Assembly (NCBI GenBank): GCA_964016885.1
Contig: OZ024744.1
Location: forward strand, 121,272,001-121,336,000
Origin: Eledone cirrhosa
Lineage: Eukaryota
DNA length: 64,000 nt
Direction: 5' to 3'
Of the stretch, positions 40,001 through 54,300 are shown in pieces (the stretch's first letter is position 1; every line of letters starts with the position of its first letter). The notes under the pieces were generated by a model, which searched no databases, was not told the DNA's origin, and saw only the letters and a program-made list of their open reading frames with translations. The position numbers were made by a program, and so were the translations under genes.

Positions 40001-43000
40001 GTGTGAGATGGTTGGGTCATGTGTTGAGGAAGGATAAAAGTGAGTGGGTGAGAGGAATAGAGGTAATGATGGATGTTGTGAAGAGAGATAGTGTGAGATG
40101 GTTGGGTCATGTGTTGAGGAAGGTTGAATGTGAATGGGTGAGAGGAACAGAGGTAGTGATCGATGTTGCGAAGAGAGATAGTGTGAGATGGTTGGGTCAT
40201 GTGTTGAGGAATGTTAAAAGCGACTGGGTGAGAGGAATAGAGTTAGTGATGGATGTTGCGAAGAGAGATAGTGTGAGATGGTTGGGTCATGTGTTGAGGA
40301 AGTATGAAAGCGACTGGGTGAGAGGAATAGAGGTAGTGATAGATGTTGTGAAGACAGATTGTGTGAGATGGTTGGGTCACGTGTTGAGGAAGGATAAAAG
40401 TGACTGGGTGAGAGGAATAGTGGTAGAGATGGATGTTGTGAAGAGAGATAGTGTGAGATGGTTGGGTCATGTGTTGAGGAAGTATGAAATTGACTGGGTG
40501 AGAGGAATAGAGGTACTGATGGATGTTGTGAAGAGAGATAGTGTGAGATGGTTGGGTCATGTGTTGAGGAAGAATAAAAGTGACTGGGTGAGAGGAATAG
40601 TGGTAGTGATGGATGTTGTAAAGGGAGATAGTGTGAGATGGTTGGGTCATGTGTTGAGGAAGTATGAAAGTGACTGGGTGAGAGGAATAGAGGTAGTGAT
40701 AGATGTTGTGAAGAGAGATAGTTTGAGATGGTTGGGTCATGTGTTGAGGAAGTATGAAAGTGACTGGGTGAGAGGAATAGTGGTAGAGATGGATGTTGTG
40801 AAGAGAGATAGTGTGAGATGGTTCGGTCATGTGTTGAGGAGGGATAAAATTGATTGGGTGAGAGGAATAAAGGTAGTGATGGATGTTGTGAAGAGAGATA
40901 GTGTGAGATGGTTGGGTCATGTGTTGAGAAAGGAATAAAGTGACTGGGTGAGAGGAATAGAGGTAGTAATGGATGTTGTGAAGAGAGATAGTGTGAGATG
41001 GTTGGGTCATGTGTTGAGGAAGGATAAAAGTGACTGGGTGAGGGGAATAGTGGTAGTGATGGATGTTGTAAAGGGAGATAGTGTGAGATGGTTTGGTCAT
41101 GTGTTGAGGAAGTATAAAAGTGACTGGGTGAGAGGAATAGAGGTAGTGATGGATGTTGTGAAGAGAGATAGTGTGAGATGGTTGGGTCCTGTGTTGAGGA
41201 AGGATGAAAGTGACTGGGTGAGAGGAACAGAGGTAGTGATGGATGTTGTGAAGAGAGATAGTGTGAGATGGTTGGGTCATGTGTTGAAGAAGGTTAAAAG
41301 TGACTGGGTGAGTGGAATAGAGGTAGTGATGGATGTTGTGAAGAGAGATAGTGTGGGACGGTAGTGTCATGTGTTGAGCAAGTATGAAAGTGACTGGGTG
41401 AGAGGAATCAGAGGTAGTGATGGATGTTGTGGAGAGAGATAGTGTGAGATGGTTGGGTCATGTGTTGAGGAAGGATAAAAGTGACTGGGTGAGAGGAATA
41501 GAGGTAGTGATGGATGTTGTGAAGAGAGATAGTGTGAGATGGTTGGGACATGTGTTAAGGAAGGATAAAAGTGGCTGGGTGAGAGGAATAGAGGTAGTGA
41601 TGGATGTTGTGAAGAGAGATAGTGTGAGATGGTTGGGTCCTGTGTTGAGGAGGGATAAAATTGATTGGGTGAGAGGAATAGAGGTAGTGATGGATGTTGT
41701 GAAGAGAGATAGTGTGAGATGGTTGGGTCATGTGTTGAGGAAGGATAAAAGTGAGTGGGTGAGAGGAATAGAGGTAATGATGGATGTTGTGAAGAGAGAT
41801 AGTGTGAGATGGTTGGGTCATGTGTTGAGGAAGGTTGAATGTGAATGGGTGAGAGGAACAGAGGTAGTGATCGATGTTGCGAAGAGAGATAGTGTGAGAT
41901 GGTTGGGTCATGTGTTGAGGAATGTTAAAAGCGACTGGGTAAGAGGAATAGAGTTAGTGATGGATGTTGCGAAGAGAGATAGTGTGAGATGGTTGGGTCA
42001 TGTGTTGAGGAAGTATGAAAGCGACTGGGTGAGAGGAATAGAGGTAGTGATAGATGTTGTGAAGACAGATTGTGTGAGATGGTTGGGCCACGTGTTGAGG
42101 AAGGATAAAAGTGACTGGGTGAGAGGAATAGAGGTAGAGATGGATGTTGTGAAGAGAGATAGTGTGAGATGGTTGGGTCATGTGTTGAGGAAGTATGAAA
42201 TTGACTGGGTGAGAGGAATAGAGGTAGTGATGGATGTTGTGAAGAGAGATAGTGTGAGATGGTTGGGTCATGTGTTGAGGAAGGATAAAAGTGACTGGGT
42301 GAGAGGAATAGTGGTAGTGATGGATGTTGTAAAGGGAGATAGTGTGAGATGGTTGGGTCATGTGTTGAGGAAGTATGAAAGTGACTGGGTGAGAGGAATA
42401 GAGGTAGTGATAGATGTTGTGAAGAGAGATAGTGTGAGATGGTTGGGTCATGTGTTGAGGAAGTATGAAAGTGACTGGGTGAGAGGAATAGAGGTAGAGA
42501 TGGATGTTGTGAAGAGAGATAGTGTTGGATGGTTGAGTCATGTGTTGAGGAAGTATGAAAGTGACTCGGCGAGCGAATAGAGGTAGTAATGGATGTTGTG
42601 AAGAGAGATAGTGTGAGATGGTTCGGTCATGTGTTGAGGAGGGATAAAATTGATTGCGTGAGAGGAATAAAGGTAGTGATGGATGTTGTGAAGAGAGATA
42701 GTGTGAGATGGTTGGGTCATGTGTTGAGAAAGGAATAAAGTGACTGGGTGAGAGGAATAGAGGTAGTGATGGATGTTGTGAAGAGAGATAGTGTGAGATG
42801 GTTGGGTCATGTGTTGAGGAAGGATAAAAGTGACTGGGTGAGAGGAATAGTGGTAGTGATGGATGTTGTAAAGGGAGATAGTGTGTGATGGTTGGGTCAT
42901 GTGTTGAGGAAGTATAAAAGTGACAGGCTGAGAGGAATAGAGGTAGTGATGGATGTTGTGAAGAGAGATAGTGTGAGATGGTTGGGTCATGTGTTGAGGA

Positions 43001-43250
43001 AGGATAAAAGTGACTGGGTGAGAGGAATAGAGGTAATGATGGATGTTGTGAAGAGAGATAGTGTGAGATGGTTGGGTCCTGTGTTGAGGAAGGATGAAAG
43101 TGACTGGGTGAGAAGAACAGAGGTAGTGATGGATGTTGTGAAGAGAGATAGTGTGAGATGGTTGGATCATGTGTTGAAGAAGGTTAAAAGTGACTGGGTG
43201 AGTGGAATAGAGGTAGTGATGAATGTTGTGAAGAGAGATAGTGTGGGACG
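34100..43250 (+). repeat. Irregular higher-order repeat domain with variable-length units (about 18-24 monomers)
   Basis: The stop-bearing marker GAGAAAGGAATAAAG occurs at about 35077, 36695, 38766, 40926 and 42726. ORF starts 35099, 36717, 38788 and 40948 are spaced 1618, 2071 and 2160. Units share AATGTTAAAAGCGAC, GAGTTAGTG, GATCGATG, ACAGATTGTG and GGTTCGGTC monomers. Confidence 0.8.
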
Positions 43251-46200
43251 GTTGGGTCATGTGTTGAGGAAGGATAAAAGTGACTGGGTGAGAGGAATAG
43301 AGGTAGTGATGGATGTTGTGAAGAGAGATAGTGTGAGATGGTTGGGTCATGTGTTGAGGAAGGTTGAATGTGAATGGGTGAGAGGAACAGAGGTAGTGAT
43401 GGATGTTGTGAAGAGATATAGTGTGAGATGGTTGGGTCATGTGTTGAGGAAGGTTGAATGTGAATGGGTGAGAGGAACAGAGGTAGTGATGGATGTTGCG
43501 AAGAGAGATAGTGTGAGATGGTTGGGTCATGTGTTGAGGAAGGATAAAAGTGAGTGGGTGAGAGGAATAGAGGTAGTGATGGATGTTGTGAAGAGAGATA
43601 GTGTGAGATGGTTGGGTCATGTGTTGAGGAAGGATAAAAGTGAGTGGGTGAGAGGAATAGAGGTAATGATGGATGTTGTGAAGAGAGATAGTGTGAGATG
43701 GTTGGGTCATGTGTTGAGGAATGTTAAAAGCGACTGGGTGAGAGGAATAGAGTTAGTGATGGATGTTGCGAAGAGAGATAGTGTGAGATGGTTGGGTCAT
43801 GTGTTGAGGAAGTATGAAAGCGACTGGGTGAGAGGAATAGAGATAGTGATAGATGTTGTGAAGACAGATTGTGTGAGATGGTTGGGTCGCGTGTTGAGGA
43901 AGGATAAAAGTGACTGGGTGAGAGGAATAGAGGTTGAGATGGATGTTGTGAAGAGAGATAGTGTGAGATGGTTGGGTCATGTGTTGAGGAAGTATGAAAG
44001 TGACTGGGTGAGAGGAATAGAGGTAGTGATGGATGTTGTGAAGAGAGATAGTGTGAGATGGTTGGGTCATGTGTTGAGGAAGGATAAAAGTGACTGGGTG
44101 AGAGGAATAGTGGTAGTGATGGATGTTGTAAAGGGAGATAGTGTGAGATGGTTGGGTCATGTGTTGAGGAAGTATGAAAGTGACTGGGTGAGAGGAATAG
44201 AGGTAGTGATAGATGTTGTGAAGAGAGATAGTTTGAGATGGTTGGGTCATGTGTTGAGGAAGTATGAAAGTGACTGGGTGAGAGGAATAGTGGTAGAGAT
44301 GGATGTTGTGAAGAGAGATAGTGTGAGATGGTTCGGTCATGTGTTGAGGAGGGATAAAATTGATTGGGTGAGAGGAATAAAGGTAGTGATGGATGTTGTG
44401 AAGAGAGATAGTGTGGGAAAGTAGTGTCATGTGTTGAGAAAGGAATAAAGTGACTGGGTGAGAGGAATAGAGGTAGTAATGGATGTTGTGAAGAGAGATA
44501 GTGTGAGATGGTTGGGTCATGTGTTGAGGAAGGATAAAAGTGACTGGGTGAGAGGAATAGTGGTAGTGATGGATGTTGTAAAGGGAGATAGTGTGAGATG
44601 GTTTGGTCATGTGTTGAGGAAGTATAAAAGTGACTGGGTGAGAGGAATAGAGGTAGTGATGGATGTTGTGAAGAGAGATAGTGTGAGATGGTTGGGTCCT
44701 GTGTTGAGGAAGGATGAAAGTGACTGGGTGAGAGGAACAGAGGTAGTGATGGATGTTGTGAAGAGAGATAGCGTGAGATGGTTGGGTCATGTGTTGAAGA
44801 AGGTTAAAAGTGACTGGGTGAGTGGAATAGAGGTAGTGATGGATGTTGTGAAGAGAGATAGTGTGGGACGGTAGTGTAATGTGTTGAGGAAGTATGAAAG
44901 TGACTGGGTGAGAGGAATCAGAGGTAGTGATGGATGTTGTGAAGAGAGATAGTGTGAGATGGTTGGGTCATGTGTTGAGGAAGGATAAAAGTGACTGGGT
45001 GAGAGGAATAGAGGTAGTGATGGATGTTGTGAAGAGAGATAGTGTGAGATGGTTGGGTCATGTGTTAAGGAAGGATAAAAGTGGCTGGGTGAGAGGAATA
45101 GAGGTAGTGATGGATGTTGTGAAGAGAGATAGTGTGAGATGGTTGGGTCATGTGTTGAGGAGGGATAAAATTGATTGGGTGAGAGGAATAGAGGTAGTGA
45201 TGGATGTTGTGAAGAGAGATAGTGTGAGATGGTTGGGTCATGTGTTGAGGAAGGATAAAAGTGAGTGGGTGAGAGGAATAGAGGTAATGATGGATGTTGT
45301 GAAGAGAGATAGTGTGAGATGGTTGGGTCATGTGTTGAGGAAGGTTGAATGTGAATGGGTGAGAGGAACAGAGGTAGTGATCGATGTTGCGAAGAGAGAT
45401 AGTGTGAGATGGTTGGGTCATGTGTTGAGGAATGTTAAAAGCGACTGGGTGAGAGGAATAGAGTTAGTGATGGATGTTGCGAAGAGAGATAATGTGAGAT
45501 GGTTGGGTCATGTGTTGAGGAAGTATGAAAGCGACTGGGTGAGAGGAATAGAGATAGTGATAGATGTTGTGAAGACAGATTGTGTGAGATGGTTGGGTCA
45601 TGTGTTGAGGAAGTATGAAAGTGACTGGGTGAGAGGAATAGAGGTAGTGATGGATGTTGTAAAGGGAGATAGTGTGAGATGGTTAGGTCATGTGTTGAGG
45701 AAGGATAAAAGTGACTGGGTGAGAGGAATAGAGGTAGAGATGGATGTTGTGAAGAGAGATAGTGTGAGATGGTTGGGTCATGTGTTGAGGAAGTATGAAA
45801 TTGACTGGGTGAGAGGAATAGAGGTAGTGATGGATGTTGTGAAGAGAGATAGTGTGAGATGGTTGGGTCATGTGTTGAGGAAGGATAAAAGTGACTGGGT
45901 GAGAGGAATAGTGGTAGTGATGGATGTTGTAAAGGGAGATAGTGTGAGATGGTTGGGTCATGTGTTGAGGAAGTATGAAAGTGACTGGGTTGAGAGGAAT
46001 AGAGGTAGTGATAGATGTTGTGAAGAGAGATAGTGTGAGATGGTTGGGTCATGTGTTGAGGAAGTATGAAAGTGACTGGGTGAGAGGAATAGAGGTAGAG
46101 ATGGATGTTGTGAAGAGAGATAGTGTGAGATGGTTGAGTCATGTGTTGAGGAAGTATGAAAGTGACTGGGCGAGCGAATAGAGGTAGTAATGGATGTTGT

Positions 46201-49200
46201 GAAGAGAGATAGTGTGAGATGGTTCGGTCATGTGTTGAGGAGGGATAAAATTGATTGGGTGAGAGGAATAAAGGTAGTGATGGATGTTGTGAAGAGAGAT
46301 AGTGTGAGATGGTTGGGTCATGTGTTGAGGAAGGATAAAAGTGACTGGGTGAGAGGAATAGAGGTAGTGATGGATGTTGTGAAGAGAGATAGTGTGAGAT
46401 GGTTGGGTCATGTGTTGAGGAAGGTTGAATGTGAATGGGTGAGAGGAACAGAGGTAGTGATGGATGTTGTGAAGAGAGATAGTGTGAGATGGTTGGGTCA
46501 TGTGTTGAGGAAGGTTGAATGTGAATGGGTGAGAGGAACAGAGGTAGTGATGGATGTTGCGAAGAGAGATAGTGTGAGATGGTTGGGTCATGTGTTGAGG
46601 AAGGATAAAAGTGACTGGGTGAGAGGAATAGAGGTAGTGATGGATGTTGCGAAGAGAGATAGTGTGAGATGGTTGGGTCATGTGTTGAGGAAGGATAAAA
46701 GTGACTGGGTGAGAGGAATAGAGGTTTTGATGGATGTTGTGTAGAGAGATAGTGTGAGATGGTTAGCTAATGTGTTGAGGAAGGATAAAAGTGACTGGGT
46801 GAGAGGAATAGAGGTTGTGATGGATGTTGTGAAGAGAGATAGTGTGAGATGGTTGGGTCATGTGTTGAGGAAGGATAAAAGTGACTGGGTGAGAGGAATA
46901 GAGGTAGTGATGGATGTTGTGAAGAGAGATAGTGTGAGATGGTTGGGTCATGTGTTGAGGAAGGTTGAATGTGAATGGGTGAGAGGAACAGAGGTAGTGA
47001 TGGATGTTGTGAAGAGATATAGTGTGAGATGGTTGGGTCATGTGTTGAGGAAGGTTGAATGTGAATGGGTGAGAGGAACAGAGGTAGTGATGGATGTTGC
47101 GAAGAGAGATAGTGTGAGATGGTTGGGTCATGTGTTGAGGAAGGATAAAAGTGAGTGGGTGAGAGGAATAGAGGTAGTGATGGATGTTGTGAAGAGAGAT
47201 AGTGTGAGATGGTTGGGTCATGTGTTGAGGAAGGATAAAAGTGAGTGGGTGAGAGGAATAGAGGTAATGATGGATGTTGTGAAGAGAGATAGTGTGAGAT
47301 GGTTGGGTCATGTGTTGAGGAATGTTAAAAGCGACTGGGTGAGAGGAATAGAGTTAGTGATGGATGTTGCGAAGAGAGATAGTGTGAGATGGTTGGGTCA
47401 TGTGTTGAGGAAGTATGAAAGCGACTGGGTGAGAGGAATAGAGATAGTGATAGATGTTGTGAAGACAGATTGTGTGAGATGGTTGGGTCGCGTGTTGAGG
47501 AAGGATAAAAGTGACTGGGTGAGAGGAATAGAGGTTGAGATGGATGTTGTGAAGAGAGATAGTGTGAGATGGTTGGGTCATGTGTTGAGGAAGTATGAAA
47601 GTGACTGGGTGAGAGGAATAGAGGTAGTGATGGATGTTGTGAAGAGAGATAGTGTGAGATGGTTGGGTCATGTGTTGAGGAAGGATAAAAGTGACTGGGT
47701 GAGAGGAATAGTGGTAGTGATGGATGTTGTAAAGGGAGATAGTGTGAGATGGTTGGGTCATGTGTTGAGGAAGTATGAAAGTGACTGGGTGAGAGGAATA
47801 GAGGTAGTGATAGATGTTGTGAAGAGAGATAGTTTGAGATGGTTGGGTCATGTGTTGAGGAAGTATGAAAGTGACTGGGTGAGAGGAATAGTGGTAGAGA
47901 TGGATGTTGTGAAGAGAGATAGTGTGAGATGGTTCGGTCATGTGTTGAGGAGGGATAAAATTGATTGGGTGAGAGGAATAAAGGTAGTGATGGATGTTGT
48001 GAAGAGAGATAGTGTGGGAAAGTAGTGTCATGTGTTGAGAAAGGAATAAAGTGACTGGGTGAGAGGAATAGAGGTAGTAATGGATGTTGTGAAGAGAGAT
48101 AGTGTGAGATGGTTGGGTCATGTGTTGAGGAAGGATAAAAGTGACTGGGTGAGAGGAATAGTGGTAGTGATGGATGTTGTAAAGGGAGATAGTGTGAGAT
48201 GGTTTGGTCATGTGTTGAGGAAGTATAAAAGTGACTGGGTGAGAGGAATAGAGGTAGTGATGGATGTTGTGAAGAGAGATAGTGTGAGATGGTTGGGTCC
48301 TGTGTTGAGGAAGGATGAAAGTGACTGGGTGAGAGGAACAGAGGTAGTGATGGATGTTGTGAAGAGAGATAGCGTGAGATGGTTGGGTCATGTGTTGAAG
48401 AAGGTTAAAAGTGACTGGGTGAGTGGAATAGAGGTAGTGATGGATGTTGTGAAGAGAGATAGTGTGGGACGGTAGTGTAATGTGTTGAGGAAGTATGAAA
48501 GTGACTGGGTGAGAGGAATCAGAGGTAGTGATGGATGTTGTGAAGAGAGATAGTGTGAGATGGTTGGGTCATGTGTTGAGGAAGGATAAAAGTGACTGGG
48601 TGAGAGGAATAGAGGTAGTGATGGATGTTGTGAAGAGAGATAGTGTGAGATGGTTGGGTCATGTGTTAAGGAAGGATAAAAGTGGCTGGGTGAGAGGAAT
48701 AGAGGTAGTGATGGATGTTGTGAAGAGAGATAGTGTGAGATGGTTGTGTCATGTGTTGAGGAGGGATAAAATTGATTGGGTGAGAGGAATAGAGGTAGTG
48801 ATGGATGTTGTGAAGAGAGATAGTGTGAGATGGTTGGGTCATGTGTTGAGGAAGGATAAAAGTGAGTGGGTGAGAGGAATAGAGGTAATGATGGATGTTG
48901 TGAAGAGAGATAGTGTGAGATGGTTGGGTCATGTGTTGAGGAAGGTTGAATGTGAATGGGTGAGAGGAACAGAGGTAGTGATCGATGTTGCGAAGAGAGA
49001 TAGTGTGAGATGGTTGGGTCATGTGTTGAGGAATGTTAAAAGCGACTGGGTGAGAGGAATAGAGTTAGTGATGGATGTTGCGAAGAGAGATAATGTGAGA
49101 TGGTTGGGTCATGTGTTGAGGAAGTATGAAAGCGACTGGGTGAGAGGAATAGAGATAGTGATAGATGTTGTGAAGACAGATTGTGTGAGATGGTTGGGTC

Positions 49201-52200
49201 ATGTGTTGAGGAAGTATGAAAGTGACTGGGTGAGAGGAATAGAGGTAGTGATGGATGTTGTAAAGGGAGATAGTGTGAGATGGTTAGGTCATGTGTTGAG
49301 GAAGGATAAAAGTGACTGGGTGAGAGGAATAGAGGTAGAGATGGATGTTGTGAAGAGAGATAGTGTGAGATGGTTGGGTCATGTGTTGAGGAAGTATGAA
49401 ATTGACTGGGTGAGAGGAATAGAGGTAGTGATGGATGTTGTGAAGAGAGATAGTGTGAGATGGTTGGGTCATGTGTTGAGGAAGGATAAAAGTGACTGGG
49501 TGAGAGGAATAGTGGTAGTGATGGATGTTGTAAAGGGAGATAGTGTGAGATGGTTGGGTCATGTGTTGAGGAAGTATGAAAGTGACTGGGTGAGAGGAAT
49601 AGAGGTAGTGATAGATGTTGTGAAGAGAGATAGTGTGAGATGGTTGGGTCATGTGTTGAGGAAGTATGAAAGTGACTGGGTGAGAGGAATAGAGGTAGAG
49701 ATGGATGTTGTGAAGAGAGATAGTGTGAGATGGTTGAGTCATGTGTTGAGGAAGTATGAAAGTGACTGGGCGAGCGAATAGAGGTAGTAATGGATGTTGT
49801 GAAGAGAGATAGTGTGAGATGGTTCGGTCATGTGTTGAGGAGGGATAAAATTGATTGGGTGAGAGGAATAAAGGTAGTGATGGATGTTGTGAAGAGAGAT
49901 AGTGTGAGATGGTTGGGTCATGTGTTGAGGAAGGATAAAAGTGACTGGGTGAGAGGAATAGAGGTAGTGATGGATGTTGTGAAGAGAGATAGTGTGAGAT
50001 GGTTGGGTCATGTGTTGAGGAAGGTTGAATGTGAATGGGTGAGAGGAACAGAGGTAGTGATGGATGTTGTGAAGAGAGATAGTGTGAGATGGTTGGGTCA
50101 TGTGTTGAGGAAGGTTGAATGTGAATGGGTGAGAGGAACAGAGGTAGTGATGGATGTTGCGAAGAGAGATAGTGTGAGATGGTTGGGTCATGTGTTGAGG
50201 AAGGATAAAAGTGACTGGGTGAGAGGAATAGAGGTAGTGATGGATGTTGCGAAGAGAGATAGTGTGAGATGGTTGGGTCATGTGTTGAGGAAGGATAAAA
50301 GTGACTGGGTGAGAGGAATAGAGGTTTTGATGGATGTTGTGTAGAGAGATAGTGTGAGATGGTTAGCTAATGTGTTGAGGAAGGATAAAAGTGACTGGGT
50401 GAGAGGAATAGAGGTTGTGATGGATGTTGTGAAGAGAGATAGTGTGAGATGGTTGGGTCATGTGTTGAGGAAGGATAAAAGTGACTGGGTGAGAGGAATA
50501 GAGGTAGTGATGGATGTTGTGAAGAGAGATAGTGTGAGATGGTTGGGTCATGTGTTGAGGAAGGATAAAAGTGAGTGGGTGAGAGGAATAGAGGTAGTGA
50601 TGGATGTTGTGAAGAGAGATAGTGTGAGATGGTTGGGTCATGTGTTGAGGAAGGATAAAAGTGACTGGGTGAGAGGAATAGAGGTAGTGATGGATGTTGT
50701 GAAGAGAGATAGTGTGAGATGGTTGGGTCATGTGTTGAGGAAGGTTGAATGTGAATGGGTGAGAGGAACAGAGGTAGTGATGGATGTTGTGAAGAGATAT
50801 AGTGTGAGATGGTTGGGTCATGTGTTGAGGAAGGTTGAATGTGAATGGGTGAGAGGAACAGAGGTAGTGATGGATGTTGCGAAGAGAGATAGTGTGAGAT
50901 GGTTGGGTCATGTGTTGAGGAAGGATAAAAGTGAGTGGGTGAGAGGAATAGAGGTAGTGATGGATGTTGTGAAGAGAGATAGTGTGAGATGGTTGGGTCA
51001 TGTGTTGAGGAAGGATAAAAGTGAGTGGGTGAGAGGAATAGAGGTAATGATGGATGTTGTGAAGAGAGATAGTGTGAGATGGTTGGGTCATGTGTTGAGG
51101 AATGTTAAAAGCGACTGGGTGAGAGGAATAGAGTTAGTGATGGATGTTGCGAAGAGAGATAGTGTGAGATGGTTGGGTCATGTGTTGAGGAAGTATGAAA
51201 GCGACTGGGTGAGAGGAATAGAGATAGTGATAGATGTTGTGAAGACAGATTGTGTGAGATGGTTGGGTCGCGTGTTGAGGAAGGATAAAAGTGACTGGGT
51301 GAGAGGAATAGAGGTTGAGATGGATGTTGTGAAGAGAGATAGTGTGAGATGGTTGGGTCATGTGTTGAGGAAGTATGAAAGTGACTGGGTGAGAGGAATA
51401 GAGGTAGTGATGGATGTTGTGAAGAGAGATAGTGTGAGATGGTTGGGTCATGTGTTGAGGAAGGATAAAAGTGACTGGGTGAGAGGAATAGTGGTAGTGA
51501 TGGATGTTGTAAAGGGAGATAGTGTGAGATGGTTGGGTCATGTGTTGAGGAAGTATGAAAGTGACTGGGTGAGAGGAATAGAGGTAGTGATAGATGTTGT
51601 GAAGAGAGATAGTTTGAGATGGTTGGGTCATGTGTTGAGGAAGTATGAAAGTGACTGGGTGAGAGGAATAGTGGTAGAGATGGATGTTGTGAAGAGAGAT
51701 AGTGTGAGATGGTTCGGTCATGTGTTGAGGAGGGATAAAATTGATTGGGTGAGAGGAATAAAGGTAGTGATGGATGTTGTGAAGAGAGATAGTGTGGGAA
51801 AGTAGTGTCATGTGTTGAGAAAGGAATAAAGTGACTGGGTGAGAGGAATAGAGGTAGTAATGGATGTTGTGAAGAGAGATAGTGTGAGATGGTTGGGTCA
51901 TGTGTTGAGGAAGGATAAAAGTGACTGGGTGAGAGGAATAGTGGTAGTGATGGATGTTGTAAAGGGAGATAGTGTGAGATGGTTTGGTCATGTGTTGAGG
52001 AAGTATAAAAGTGACTGGGTGAGAGGAATAGAGGTAGTGATGGATGTTGTGAAGAGAGATAGTGTGAGATGGTTGGGTCCTGTGTTGAGGAAGGATGAAA
52101 GTGACTGGGTGAGAGGAACAGAGGTAGTGATGGATGTTGTGAAGAGAGATAGCGTGAGATGGTTGGGTCATGTGTTGAAGAAGGTTAAAAGTGACTGGGT

Positions 52201-54300
52201 GAGTGGAATAGAGGTAGTGATGGATGTTGTGAAGAGAGATAGTGTGGGACGGTAGTGTAATGTGTTGAGGAAGTATGAAAGTGACTGGGTGAGAGGAATC
52301 AGAGGTAGTGATGGATGTTGTGAAGAGAGATAGTGTGAGATGGTTGGGTCATGTGTTGAGGAAGGATAAAAGTGACTGGGTGAGAGGAATAGAGGTAGTG
52401 ATGGATGTTGTGAAGAGAGATAGTGTGAGATGGTTGGGTCATGTGTTAAGGAAGGATAAAAGTGGCTGGGTGAGAGGAATAGAGGTAGTGATGGATGTTG
52501 TGAAGAGAGATAGTGTGAGATGGTTGGGTCATGTGTTGAGGAGGGATAAAATTGATTGGGTGAGAGGAATAGAGGTAGTGATGGATGTTGTGAAGAGAGA
52601 TAGTGTGAGATGGTTGGGTCATGTGTTGAGGAAGGATAAAAGTGAGTGGGTGAGAGGAATAGAGGTAATGATGGATGTTGTGAAGAGAGATAGTGTGAGA
52701 TGGTTGGGTCATGTGTTGAGGAAGGTTGAATGTGAATGGGTGAGAGGAACAGAGGTAGTGATCGATGTTGCGAAGAGAGATAGTGTGAGATGGTTGGGTC
52801 ATGTGTTGAGGAATGTTAAAAGCGACTGGGTGAGAGGAATAGAGTTAGTGATGGATGTTGCGAAGAGAGATAATGTGAGATGGTTGGGTCATGTGTTGAG
52901 GAAGTATGAAAGCGACTGGGTGAGAGGAATAGAGATAGTGATAGATGTTGTGAAGACAGATTGTGTGAGATGGTTGGGTCATGTGTTGAGGAAGTATGAA
53001 AGTGACTGGGTGAGAGGAATAGAGGTAGTGATGGATGTTGTAAAGGGAGATAGTGTGAGATGGTTAGGTCATGTGTTGAGGAAGGATAAAAGTGACTGGG
53101 TGAGAGGAATAGAGGTAGAGATGGATGTTGTGAAGAGAGATAGTGTGAGATGGTTGGGTCATGTGTTGAGGAAGTATGAAATTGACTGGGTGAGAGGAAT
53201 AGAGGTAGTGATGGATGTTGTGAAGAGAGATAGTGTGAGATGGTTGGGTCATGTGTTGAGGAAGGATAAAAGTGACTGGGTGAGAGGAATAGTGGTAGTG
53301 ATGGATGTTGTAAAGGGAGATAGTGTGAGATGGTTGGGTCATGTGTTGAGGAAGTATGAAAGTGACTGGGTGAGAGGAATAGAGGTAGTGATAGATGTTG
53401 TGAAGAGAGATAGTGTGAGATGGTTGGGTCATGTGTTGAGGAAGTATGAAAGTGACTGGGTGAGAGGAATAGAGGTAGAGATGGATGTTGTGAAGAGAGA
53501 TAGTGTGAGATGGTTGAGTCATGTGTTGAGGAAGTATGAAAGTGACTGGGCGAGCGAATAGAGGTAGTAATGGATGTTGTGAAGAGAGATAGTGTGAGAT
53601 GGTTCGGTCATGTGTTGAGGAGGGATAAAATTGATTGGGTGAGAGGAATAAAGGTAGTGATGGATGTTGTGAAGAGAGATAGTGTGAGATGGTTGGGTCA
53701 TGTGTTGAGGAAGGATAAAAGTGACTGGGTGAGAGGAATAGAGGTAGTGATGGATGTTGTGAAGAGAGATAGTGTGAGATGGTTGGGTCATGTGTTGAGG
53801 AAGGTTGAATGTGAATGGGTGAGAGGAACAGAGGTAGTGATGGATGTTGTGAAGAGAGATAGTGTGAGATGGTTGGGTCATGTGTTGAGGAAGGTTGAAT
53901 GTGAATGGGTGAGAGGAACAGAGGTAGTGATGGATGTTGCGAAGAGAGATAGTGTGAGATGGTTGGGTCATGTGTTGAGGAAGGATAAAAGTGACTGGGT
54001 GAGAGGAATAGAGGTAGTGATGGATGTTGCGAAGAGAGATAGTGTGAGATGGTTGGGTCATGTGTTGAGGAAGGATAAAAGTGACTGGGTGAGAGGAATA
54101 GAGGTTTTGATGGATGTTGTGTAGAGAGATAGTGTGAGATGGTTAGCTAATGTGTTGAGGAAGGATAAAAGTGACTGGGTGAGAGGAATAGAGGTTGTGA
54201 TGGATGTTGTGAAGAGAGATAGTGTGAGATGGTTGGGTCATGTGTTGAGGAAGGATAAAAGTGACTGGGTGAGAGGAATAGAGGTAGTGATGGATGTTGC
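43250..54300 (+). repeat. Three near-identical copies of a 40-monomer (3600-bp) higher-order repeat; second period 3780 bp (42 monomers)
   Basis: ORF triplets: 44458/48059/51839, 44927/48528/52308 and 46190/49790/53570. Private markers: GTGGGAAAGTAGTGTC (about 44413/48014/51794), GGGTCGCGTG (about 43884/47485/51265), AGATATAGT (about 43414/47015/50795) and GTGTAGAGA (about 46739/50339/54119). Confidence 0.95.
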
